In this document: positions 19,198-27,141 of the stretch, piece after piece
Position numbering within the stretch: position 1 is the stretch's first letter
Layout of the letters: every line of letters starts with the position of its first letter
Assembly (NCBI GenBank): GCA_037445815.1
Contig: JBBIJV010000003.1
Span: 1 to 49,453, forward strand
DNA from: Rhodospirillaceae bacterium
Lineage (GTDB): Bacteria > Pseudomonadota > Gammaproteobacteria > Steroidobacterales > Rariloculaceae
Reading direction: 5' to 3'
DNA length: 49,453 nucleotides
The notes under the pieces: model-generated
The model's input: the letters and a program-made list of their open reading frames with translations, nothing else
Database searches by the model: none
What the model was told of the DNA's origin: nothing
Position numbers and translations under genes: made by a program

Positions 19198-19719
19198 ATG
19201 ACCCTCAACGCGCTCGATCGCGCCGAGGGGTACTTCGCGGCGGCGTTGCTCGCCGCGATGACGCTGCTCACGTTCGTACAGGTCGTGCTGCGCTACGCGT
19301 TCAACTCGGGCCTCGTCTGGGCCCTCGAGGCGACGGTGTATCTCTTCGGCTGGCTCGTGCTGATCGGCATGTCGCACGGCGTGCGCACAGGCACGCATAT
19401 CGCCGTCGACGTCGTCACGAAGCACCTCGGGCCGGCGGCACGGAAGGTCGTGGCCCTGCTCGGCGCGGGGCTCGTGTTCGTCTACATCGCGCTCATGTTC
19501 ACGGGCGGCTTCACGCTCGTGCGCCGGTTGTACGTATTCGGCAACCTTGCGCACGACATTCCGCTGCCACGCTGGCTGCTCTTGTCGTGTCTCCCGATCG
19601 GCTTCGCGTTGCTCGGCCTTCGGCTCGTGCAGGCGACGATCGAGATCGCGCGCGGCGCGCAGCCGCCCGGCGGGCCCGGCCACGCCGCCGCCGCGCTTCC
19701 AGGCGAGCGGCACCCGTGA
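19198..19719 (+). CDS. dctQ: TRAP transporter small permease
   Basis: Four TM segments; QVVLRY, W..E, HIAVD. Confidence 0.9.
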   Translation: MTLNALDRAEGYFAAALLAAMTLLTFVQVVLRYAFNSGLVWALEATVYLFGWLVLIGMSHGVRTGTHIAVDVVTKHLGPAARKVVALLGAGLVFVYIALMFTGGFTLVRRLYVFGNLAHDIPLPRWLLLSCLPIGFALLGLRLVQATIEIARGAQPPGGPGHAAAALPGERHP

Positions 19720-20999
19720 CCGTCGGTTTCCTGACCGGCTCGCTCCTGCTGCTGCTTGCGCTGCGAGTGCCCGTGGCCGTCGCGCTCGGGCTCTCTAGCG
19801 TGCTCACGCTGGTGCTGTTCGGCGATCAATCTCTGCTCGCGCTCGCACAGCAGTTCTTTCACGCGATGGAGGTGTACCCGCTGCTCGCGGTGCCGTTCTT
19901 CATCCTCGCGGCCACGTTCCTCACGACGGGCGGCGTCGCGCGCCGCCTAATCGATCTCGCGATCGCGCTCACCGGCCACGTGCGGGGCGGGCTCGCGATG
20001 GCCTCGGTGCTCGCGTGCTCGCTGTTCGCGGCGATCTCGGGCTCCTCGCCGGCCACCGTCGTCGCCGTGGGCTCGATCGTGATCGCCGGAATGGTGGCCG
20101 CGGGCTACCGGCGCGAGTACGCGACGGGCGTCGTGACGAGCGCCGGCACGCTGGCCATTCTGATCCCGCCTTCGATCGTGCTCGTCGTTTACGGCGCCAT
20201 CACGGAAACGTCGGTGGGCGCGCTGTTCATCGCGGGCGTCGTGCCGGGCGTGGTGCTGACTCTGTCGATGATGGCTGCGATCTACCTGCGCGGCGGCCGC
20301 GAGACCCTACCGCGCCGAAAGCGTGCCTCCGGCCGCGAGGTGCTGCGCGCAGCGCGCGAGGCGGCGTGGGGACTTCTGTTGATCGTCATCGTGCTCGGCG
20401 GCATCTACGGCGGGATTTTCACGCCGACCGAGGCCGCAGCCGTATCCGCCGTGTACGCCGCGTTCGTCGCGATCTTCGTGCATCGCGACGTTCGACTGCG
20501 CGACTCGCCGAAGGTATTGACGGAGGCCGCGCACCTGACGACGATGCTGATGTTCATCGTCGCGAACGCCTATCTCTTTGCGTTCGTGCTCACGACGGAG
20601 CAGATCCCGCAGGGTATTGCCTCGGCCGTGCTCGCGGCCGAGCTGCCGCCATGGGCGTTCTTGGTCGCCGTGAACGTCATCTTGCTCGCGGGGGGCATGC
20701 TGATGGACCCGACGTCCGTGGTGCTGATTCTCGCGCCGATCGTTTTTCCGATCGCGGTGCAGCTCGGCATCGATCCCGTGCACTTGGGCATCGTCTTCGT
20801 CGTGAACATGGAGATCGGGCTCATCACGCCGCCCGTAGGGCTCAACCTGTTCGTCGCGAGCGCCGTTTCGGAGCTGCCCGTGACGGACGTCATCCGCGTC
20901 AGCCTACCGTGGCTCGCACTGCTGCTCGCTTTTCTCGTCGCGGTGACCTACGTCCCCGCCATGTCCCTGCTGCTGCCAAAGTTCATGCTCGGCGGCTGA
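19716..20999 (+). CDS. dctM: TRAP transporter large permease
   Basis: GTGA overlap; AVPFFILA, AISGSSPAT, LIPPSI, GIFTPTEAA, GLITPPVG. Confidence 0.94.
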   Translation: MTVGFLTGSLLLLLALRVPVAVALGLSSVLTLVLFGDQSLLALAQQFFHAMEVYPLLAVPFFILAATFLTTGGVARRLIDLAIALTGHVRGGLAMASVLACSLFAAISGSSPATVVAVGSIVIAGMVAAGYRREYATGVVTSAGTLAILIPPSIVLVVYGAITETSVGALFIAGVVPGVVLTLSMMAAIYLRGGRETLPRRKRASGREVLRAAREAAWGLLLIVIVLGGIYGGIFTPTEAAAVSAVYAAFVAIFVHRDVRLRDSPKVLTEAAHLTTMLMFIVANAYLFAFVLTTEQIPQGIASAVLAAELPPWAFLVAVNVILLAGGMLMDPTSVVLILAPIVFPIAVQLGIDPVHLGIVFVVNMEIGLITPPVGLNLFVASAVSELPVTDVIRVSLPWLALLLAFLVAVTYVPAMSLLLPKFMLGG

Positions 21000-21049
21000 G
21001 CGATCGAGAACCGGGAAGGGCGGTCGGGGGCCAGTCCGCCCGATCCCAT

Positions 21050-22303
21050 CTAGCCGGCGGGCTCGATGCGCAGTACGGCGCCATCGACTTCAGCCGTGAG
21101 CACGTACAAGAGCCCGTCGGGCCCCTCACGCACGTCGCGGATGCGCTGCTTCAGCTCGCGCAACATCGGCTCTCGGCGGATCTCTTCCCACCGGTCGTTG
21201 AACTCGATTCGTTGCAGCTGCCCCGTGCGCGGCACCTCGCCCTCGCGGAGCCCCCCGACGAAAGCGCTGCGGCGCCAGGCCGTGAACACGTCGCCCTGAT
21301 AGAACGTCATTCCCGTGACCGCGATCGACGGCACCCAATAGACGAGCGGCGGCACCGTGCCCTCGAGCGTCGGGTTCGGCGAGATGGCTTGCCCGCTGTA
21401 GACGCGCCCGTGGCTCACGAGAGGCCAGCCGTAGTTCCCGCCGGGCCGCAACACGTTGATCTCGTCCCCGCCGTTCGGGCCCTGCTCCGTGACCCAGAGC
21501 TCGTTGGTCCACGGGTTCAGCGTCATGGAATGGCCATTGCGGTGGCCGAGCGTGTAGATCGCCGGCAAGTAGCGCGAGTCGTTCACGAACGGATTGTCGC
21601 GCGGGATGGTGCCGTCGTCGTTCAGGCGAATGGTCTTGCCGGCGTAGTCCTGCGGGTCTTGCGACCGCAGCACGGCGGGCCCGACGCCCGGTGCGCTGAC
21701 GGTCATGTGCAGCTTGCCGTCGGCCGCAAAGCCGATGCGCGAGCCTTCGGTGCCCGTCGCGCCCGTCGCGAAGATGTCGCGCACGTCGACGAGCGCGCCG
21801 CTCTCCCAGCGGCCGCGGGCGAGCCTGGTCTCGCCGGCATCTTCGCCGTCCGGCCGATGATAGGAAAGGTAAACCCAGCGGTTCTCCGCAAAGCGCGGAT
21901 GCAGCGCGACGTCCATGAGACCTTGGAGTCCGCCCGCTCGCACGCCCGGAACGCCACGGACCGGGGCCGGAGCGAGCACGCCGTCATGAATGAGCCGCAG
22001 CCGGCCCGGGCGCTCCGTGACGAGCATGTCGCCGTCCGGCAGGAACGCAATGGACCACGGCTGCTCGAGGCCGCGCGCCACCACGACGACGCGCAGGTTC
22101 CGATGCTCGGGCCGCAGCGATTCGATGAGGAAGGGTCCGTCGCCGAGCGGCGGCGAAGGCCAGCCGACGCCGGCCGGAATGCCGGGAATGGCCGCCGTCA
22201 CCTTGTCCGCGTCGAGCGGCCACAACGAAGTCTGGGCATGCGTCGCCGCTGCGAGCCCCAAGAGTGCCACCGCGCCGGCGCGGCGAACGTGAACGTGACG
22301 CAT
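21050..22303 (-). CDS. PQQ-dependent sugar dehydrogenase (GSDH/YliI family), secreted
   Basis: Signal peptide; LEQPWSIAFLPDG, TERPGRL, GLMDVALHP, GHRN, EQGPNGGDEIN, GGNYGWP, RIRDV..GPDG. Confidence 0.9.
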   Translation of the reverse strand: MRHVHVRRAGAVALLGLAAATHAQTSLWPLDADKVTAAIPGIPAGVGWPSPPLGDGPFLIESLRPEHRNLRVVVVARGLEQPWSIAFLPDGDMLVTERPGRLRLIHDGVLAPAPVRGVPGVRAGGLQGLMDVALHPRFAENRWVYLSYHRPDGEDAGETRLARGRWESGALVDVRDIFATGATGTEGSRIGFAADGKLHMTVSAPGVGPAVLRSQDPQDYAGKTIRLNDDGTIPRDNPFVNDSRYLPAIYTLGHRNGHSMTLNPWTNELWVTEQGPNGGDEINVLRPGGNYGWPLVSHGRVYSGQAISPNPTLEGTVPPLVYWVPSIAVTGMTFYQGDVFTAWRRSAFVGGLREGEVPRTGQLQRIEFNDRWEEIRREPMLRELKQRIRDVREGPDGLLYVLTAEVDGAVLRIEPAG

Positions 22304-22490
22304 CGAACTTCCCCCTGTGCGCTGCTGCGTGCGATTGGCACGAGCGATCGTCCGCGCGGCGCGCGGTTCAGTCAACCCGCCTCCTCGTGATCGCTGGTTT
22401 TCCAGTCCGCTGCGAGGATCATGCACGGACTGCCGGCGCGGGCCATTACATGGGGCGTACTTGCGGCCAGACGCGCCGGGCAACTTGCAG

Positions 22491-23408
22491 TCAGTCGTTC
22501 GCGATGACCGGCGCCGGCACGGGCGCGTAGCGGCGGTACTCGCGCCAGAGGATGATGAGCCCGGCCGCGATCACGAGCGGCGCGCCCACCCACATCGACC
22601 AGTGCGGCACTTCGCCGAAGAAGTAGAAGCCGAGCGTCACGGCGAGCAGCAGGTTCGTGTAGTCGAGCGGCGCAAGCGTCGACGCCTCGGCGTAGCGGTA
22701 CGACATCGTCATCAGGAGCTGGCCGAACACCCCGAACACCGCCGACAACAGGATGAACAGCCATTGCTCGCGGCTCGGCATGGGCCAGCCCGCAAAGACG
22801 GTCAGCGCCGAGCACGCCACGGTCGTCAACGAGAAGTAGAACGTGATCGCGAGCGGATGCTCGCCGCCCCTGCCGCTCATGCCGCGCAGCGCGACCATCG
22901 CGAGCGCCGAAAACACGGCGGCGCCGAGCGCGACGAGCACGCCGATCGAGCTGCCGCCGAGCGTCAGATGCGGCCCGATCGTGATCAGCACGCCGGTAAA
23001 GCCGATGACGAGCGCGGACCAGCGATACGCGTGAATCCGCTCGCCCAAGAACAGCATCGCGAGCACCGTCAGGAACATCGGCGCCGTGAAGCTGATCGCC
23101 GTGAAATCCGCGAGCGGTATCAACGTGAGCGCCGTAAACCAGCAGAACATGCTCGCGGTGCCGGACAGCGACCGCACGGCGTGCGAGCGCAGCTTGTCCG
23201 TGCGCAGGATGTGCAGGCCTTCGAGCCGCCACGCCATGAACGCGAGCACGGCCATCGAGAAGACGCCGCGCACGAAGATGATCTGGCCCGTGGGCACGCC
23301 GTCGCCCAAGTACTTGACGCAGGCGGCGAGGCACGACAGCAGCACGACCGACGATAGCTTCAGGAGAACGCCGAGGACCGGCCGGTGGTGGTGCTCGTTC
23401 ACGGCCAC
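22491..23408 (-). CDS. DMT/EamA family transporter
   Basis: About ten TM helices; FLGE..., AEASTLAPLDY, FFGEVP; exact start uncertain. Confidence 0.9.
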   Translation of the reverse strand: MAVNEHHHRPVLGVLLKLSSVVLLSCLAACVKYLGDGVPTGQIIFVRGVFSMAVLAFMAWRLEGLHILRTDKLRSHAVRSLSGTASMFCWFTALTLIPLADFTAISFTAPMFLTVLAMLFLGERIHAYRWSALVIGFTGVLITIGPHLTLGGSSIGVLVALGAAVFSALAMVALRGMSGRGGEHPLAITFYFSLTTVACSALTVFAGWPMPSREQWLFILLSAVFGVFGQLLMTMSYRYAEASTLAPLDYTNLLLAVTLGFYFFGEVPHWSMWVGAPLVIAAGLIILWREYRRYAPVPAPVIAND

Positions 23409-23530
23409 GTGTTCGCCCGCGGTGAAATGGGCGCACACGATAGCAAGGCCGCCGCGTCTTGCGGAGCCCCCCGCACCCGGGCGCTAACGGCCCACTGCGG
23501 CTCGCGCGAAGCCGGTGCTCGCCTTGGGCA

Positions 23531-23926
23531 TCAGCTCACCGCGATGCGCCGCGCGACGGCTTCCTTCACCTTCGGCAGGTCGATCGTCAGCACGCCATCG
23601 GCGAGCGTCGCGGAAATCGCGGCAGAGTCGATCTTCGTCGACAGATGGAACGTGCGCACGAAGTTGCCGACGTTGTACTCGGAGTAGATCGGCCGGAGCG
23701 CCTCGTACTTCGTCGCGTCGATCGCGCCTTTGACCGTCAGCACGCCTTTGTCGAGCTCGATATCGATCGCCTCTTTGGCGACGCCCGGCACCTCCATCGA
23801 CACGATGACGGCACGATCCGTCTCGTGGATGTCGGTATAGGGGCTGAAAACCTTTCCCGCCTCGGTGCGCTCCTGCTCTTGCGTCAGCTCCCGCTTCTCG
23901 CGCGGAGCCACTTCTTGACTGACCAT
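23531..23926 (-). CDS. Hsp20/alpha-crystallin small heat-shock protein
   Basis: PYTDIHET, EVPGV, F.RTF.L, A.LADGVLTI.LPK. Confidence 0.93.
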   Translation of the reverse strand: MVSQEVAPREKRELTQEQERTEAGKVFSPYTDIHETDRAVIVSMEVPGVAKEAIDIELDKGVLTVKGAIDATKYEALRPIYSEYNVGNFVRTFHLSTKIDSAAISATLADGVLTIDLPKVKEAVARRIAVS

Positions 23927-23947
23927 ACTGGTGCCCCTCGCTGCGAA

Positions 23948-24373
23948 TTAGTCGATTGTCACTGTGCGCGGCTTGGCGCTCTCGGCGCGCGGCAATCGTA
24001 GCGTCAGAACGCCGTCGCGATATTCCGCCGACACCTTCGCCGCGTCGACATCGTCGGGCAAGCTCAGCGTGCGGTCGAACTCGCCGGCCGAACGCTCGCG
24101 CCGATGGATGCTCGCCTTCTCATCGTACGCAATCGTCTTCTTTCCCCGGATCCGCAGGGTGTCGCCACGCACCTGAATATCGAGATCCTCCTTTCTCACG
24201 CCCGGCAGCTCGGAGACGACGATGAAATCGTCGCCGTCGCTGAACACGTTGATCAGGGGAAGTGCGCCGGAGCCCGACGTCCGCGTACCGAACCAGTCGC
24301 TACGCATCACGCTCTCCATCGCTCGTTGCAGCCCGAGCAACGTCTCGAACGGATCTCGCACTCGAATGACCAT
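23948..24373 (-). CDS. Hsp20/alpha-crystallin small heat-shock protein
   Basis: PLINV, ELPGV, RRERSAGEFDR, AEYRDGVLTLRLP; SD GAGGAGG. Confidence 0.93.
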   Translation of the reverse strand: MVIRVRDPFETLLGLQRAMESVMRSDWFGTRTSGSGALPLINVFSDGDDFIVVSELPGVRKEDLDIQVRGDTLRIRGKKTIAYDEKASIHRRERSAGEFDRTLSLPDDVDAAKVSAEYRDGVLTLRLPRAESAKPRTVTID

Positions 24374-24425
24374 GCTCGCCTCCTCAAACCACCCGACCTG
24401 GGTGGGCTCGCCGATGGCCCTTTCA

Positions 24426-24451
24426 GTGGGGCCGCGTTTTGGCGATTCAAG
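24426..24451 (-). promoter_or_regulatory. Sigma32 (RpoH) heat-shock promoter of the hsp20 pair
   Basis: Minus strand reads CTTGAA-N14-CCCCAC, against the consensus CTTGAA-N13-17-CCCCAT, about 50 nt upstream of hsp20. Confidence 0.85.
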
Positions 24452-24466
24452 AGGCGCGAGCAGGCG

Positions 24467-24955
24467 CTAGAACACGCGCGCGACGACGATCACACCGATC
24501 ATGGAGAATGCAATGGCGATCTTGGCGGCCGTCCCGAGCGCCAGGCCGAGCGCGGCGCCCACGCCTACGCGCCCCGCCGCCGCGAGACTGCGGCGCACGG
24601 AAAGCTCGCCGATGACGGCTCCGACGAAAGGCCCGGCGAGCACGCCCGGGATGCCGAAAAACAAGCCGACGAGCGCTCCGAGCGTCGCGCCCGTCACTGC
24701 GCGCGCCGAGGCCCCGAACCGCTTTGCGCCGAGCGCGCCGGATATGAAGTCGACGGCCACGGCCAACGCCGTCAGCGCGCCGAGCACGGTCAAGGACGGC
24801 CAGCCGAGATGGACGAAATCCTCGGCCCATGCGGCGAGCAGCGCGCCCATGAAGATCAACGGGGCGCCGGGCAGGATCGGCAGCACCATGCCGAGCGCGC
24901 CGATCACGATCAGCACGCCAGCGGCGATCCACAGGACGATCGTGACGGGTTCCAC
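24467..24955 (-). CDS. DUF456 (YqgC-like) membrane protein
   Basis: C-terminal part of track ORF 24467..25369; LPILPG, GAKRFGAS, GPFVGA..GE. Confidence 0.85.
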   Translation of the reverse strand: MEPVTIVLWIAAGVLIVIGALGMVLPILPGAPLIFMGALLAAWAEDFVHLGWPSLTVLGALTALAVAVDFISGALGAKRFGASARAVTGATLGALVGLFFGIPGVLAGPFVGAVIGELSVRRSLAAAGRVGVGAALGLALGTAAKIAIAFSMIGVIVVARVF

Positions 24956-24960
24956 CGACG

Positions 24961-25545
24961 CTAATTGAGATCTGGCGTGCGAAGCTTCTCCGCGTGCCAC
25001 GCCTTGTTGCGGACGTGCGTGCGCGAGGCGATGCGCCAGCCTTCGGCCGTGCGCACGTAGACGTCCTCGTAGCCGCCATGGCGCGTCACGCTGCCGGGGC
25101 CGTTCATGCCGAGCTGCACGAGATACACGCGGCCCGTGGCGCCTTCCGCCGTCGGCGTGATCTCGTGGTTCAGCATCAGGTGGCTCCAGTCGGTCCAGGG
25201 CAGCTTCGCCTCGCAGCCGCGCGCGCCGCCGCCGACCAGCGTCGCGAGCGCGTCGCGCCCGCGTGCGAGCACGCGTCCGCCTGCGGCGAAGCCGGCCTCG
25301 GAGCTCTTGTCGATGAACACGCCGTCGACGGTGAAGAGATTCGCGTAGTCGTAGCCGACATTCGCGCAAGTATCGATGCCGTAGGCGTAGCGATTGACGA
25401 GCTGACCGATCTCTTGGTAGTCGAGCGCCGTGAACGGCGTGCCCGACTGCGCGGCGGCGTCGTTGCCGTCGCCGACGCGCCCGGCCGCAAAACCGAGCGC
25501 AGCGGCAGCCGCGATCGCGGCGAGCGTTCGCATCTTGACGTTCAT
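24961..25545 (-). CDS. Secreted SnoaL/NTF2-like domain protein
   Basis: ATG after a G-rich SD; signal peptide; LDYQEI.QLVNRYAYGID, LFT.DG.F, H...N..I, GGYEDVYVRT.EGWRI.SR. Confidence 0.85.
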   Translation of the reverse strand: MNVKMRTLAAIAAAAALGFAAGRVGDGNDAAAQSGTPFTALDYQEIGQLVNRYAYGIDTCANVGYDYANLFTVDGVFIDKSSEAGFAAGGRVLARGRDALATLVGGGARGCEAKLPWTDWSHLMLNHEITPTAEGATGRVYLVQLGMNGPGSVTRHGGYEDVYVRTAEGWRIASRTHVRNKAWHAEKLRTPDLN

Positions 25546-25571
25546 TGTTTTCCCCCTTTCTTCGAAGGTCG

Positions 25572-26234
25572 TCATGAGCTCACGAGATCCATGGCCGCGA
25601 CGACGTTGTCGTCGGCCCATTCCGCAAAGCGCTGCCACCACGAAGGGGCGCCGCACGCCCCGTCGATCCTGACGGACAAGGCCTCGCCGCCGGGCTGCGC
25701 GGGCCTGCGCTCGTGCCGCGTGATGATGCCCGTCTGCGTGCGATAGACGCGATAGACGTTGTCGACGTCGATGTCGTGATAGGTCGAGCTGCCGTACGTC
25801 GCGTCGAGCAGAAAATTGAACGCGCCGAGCGATTCCGCCAGCGCGACGAGATCGACGGCCGTGCGGTCGCTCAAGTCGTGCGCGACGTTCGGCTGCGTGT
25901 TCTGCTCGGCGGCCGAGCGATACCGGCCCTCGAGTCGATCGAGGCGGTATTGGGAATCGAGGCCGAACAGCAAGGCCCAGTACTTCCACTTCAAGAACTC
26001 GGCATCGACGCGCCACTGATCGCCGTACAGCGGAAGCACGAGCTCGTCGCAGCGGTCGCCGGTTCGAAGATGAGCCGCGTACTGCCGTTCGCCGGTCGAG
26101 TCGAACCAGAGCTCGGCGATCAGCGTCTCGGCGCTCAAGCGGTCGTAGGTGTAGACGGTGGCGGTCAGCAGAACCACGCACGAGGCCGCCAGCAGCACGA
26201 CCATCGTTAGCGAGATCTTGAAGACTCTTCTCAT
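25572..26234 (-). CDS. Conserved hypothetical N-terminally membrane-anchored protein
   Basis: One N-terminal TM segment; motifs GDQWRVDA..LKW, YRLDRLEGRY, DATYGSSTY; host-like codons. Confidence 0.75.
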   Translation of the reverse strand: MRRVFKISLTMVVLLAASCVVLLTATVYTYDRLSAETLIAELWFDSTGERQYAAHLRTGDRCDELVLPLYGDQWRVDAEFLKWKYWALLFGLDSQYRLDRLEGRYRSAAEQNTQPNVAHDLSDRTAVDLVALAESLGAFNFLLDATYGSSTYHDIDVDNVYRVYRTQTGIITRHERRPAQPGGEALSVRIDGACGAPSWWQRFAEWADDNVVAAMDLVSS

Positions 26235-26327
26235 GACATCCGTTGCCCTGAGGTCGGCAGCCGCGGCGGTGCCGTGCGAGAATACCACGCCGTTCGCGGC
26301 GCCCTGTTACGCTGCGAGGAGCTTCGT

Positions 26328-26951
26328 GTGTTGACGATTTACGGCCGTGTGAACTCCGTCAACGTTCAGAAGGTGCTTTGGTGCCTCGCCGAGCTCCAAG
26401 TGCCCTACACGCGCATCGACGCCGGGCTCGAGCACGGCAAGAACGACGAGCCGTGGTATCTCGCGCTGAACCCGAACGGCCGAGTGCCGCTGATGGTGGA
26501 CGGCTCATTCTCGCTGTGGGAATCGAACACCATCGTCCGCTACTTGGCGGCCAAGCACGGCTTCGGCAGCCTCTGTCCGGCGTCGCTCGAGACGCGCGCG
26601 CTCGCAGAGCGCTGGATGGACTGGCAGCTTTCGACGCTGGTCCTACCCGTCTCCATCGTCTTCCAAAACTTGTTTCGCCGCCCGGCCGGCGAGCGCGACA
26701 TGGCCGCCGTCGAGCGCAACGTTCCCGTGGCGAACCGCGCGGTGGCGTTGCTCGACGCGCACCTCGAGAAGCAGCCGTACGTCGCCGGTGACGCCTTCAC
26801 GATGGGAGACATACCGGTGGGAGCCACGGTGCATCGCTGGCTCGAGATCCCCGCTATCGACCGTCCGCCGTTTCGGGCCGTCCGCGCTTGGCGCGAGCGG
26901 CTCGCCGCCCGCCCGGGCTTCAGGGCTCACGTCGACCTACCCCTGTGGTAA
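26328..26951 (+). CDS. Glutathione S-transferase (GstB/YliJ-like)
   Basis: GTG after GAGGAG; GR.NSVNVQKVLW, LNPNGRVP, LWESNTIVRYL, WMDWQ, FTMGDI. Confidence 0.93.
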   Translation: MLTIYGRVNSVNVQKVLWCLAELQVPYTRIDAGLEHGKNDEPWYLALNPNGRVPLMVDGSFSLWESNTIVRYLAAKHGFGSLCPASLETRALAERWMDWQLSTLVLPVSIVFQNLFRRPAGERDMAAVERNVPVANRAVALLDAHLEKQPYVAGDAFTMGDIPVGATVHRWLEIPAIDRPPFRAVRAWRERLAARPGFRAHVDLPLW

Positions 26952-26957
26952 AAAGCT

Positions 26958-26986
26958 TTGACGGCACGCAAGAGGTGCTGTAATTT
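26958..26986 (+). promoter_or_regulatory. Candidate sigma70 promoter of the lytic transglycosylase gene
   Basis: TTGACG-N17-TAATTT in an AT-richer intergenic region. Confidence 0.55.
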
Positions 26987-27141
26987 CCGGCCGTAAGCCG
27001 ATAGAAACAAACGAGAAAAACCGAGCGGACAAGATGCTGCCCACTCCCCGTTTCGTACGTGAACCACGTCAGGGACGGAAGCGGGCTCGATGGACATAAT
27101 CCAATAACGACCAGAGCTCGCAGGGAATCGGAAGCCACTAC

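Noticed and set aside
24374-24466. ROSE thermometer or CIRCE at hsp20
   Set aside because: No UYGCU anti-SD motif and no TTAGCACTC-N9-GAGTGCTAA; the hairpin does not cover the SD.
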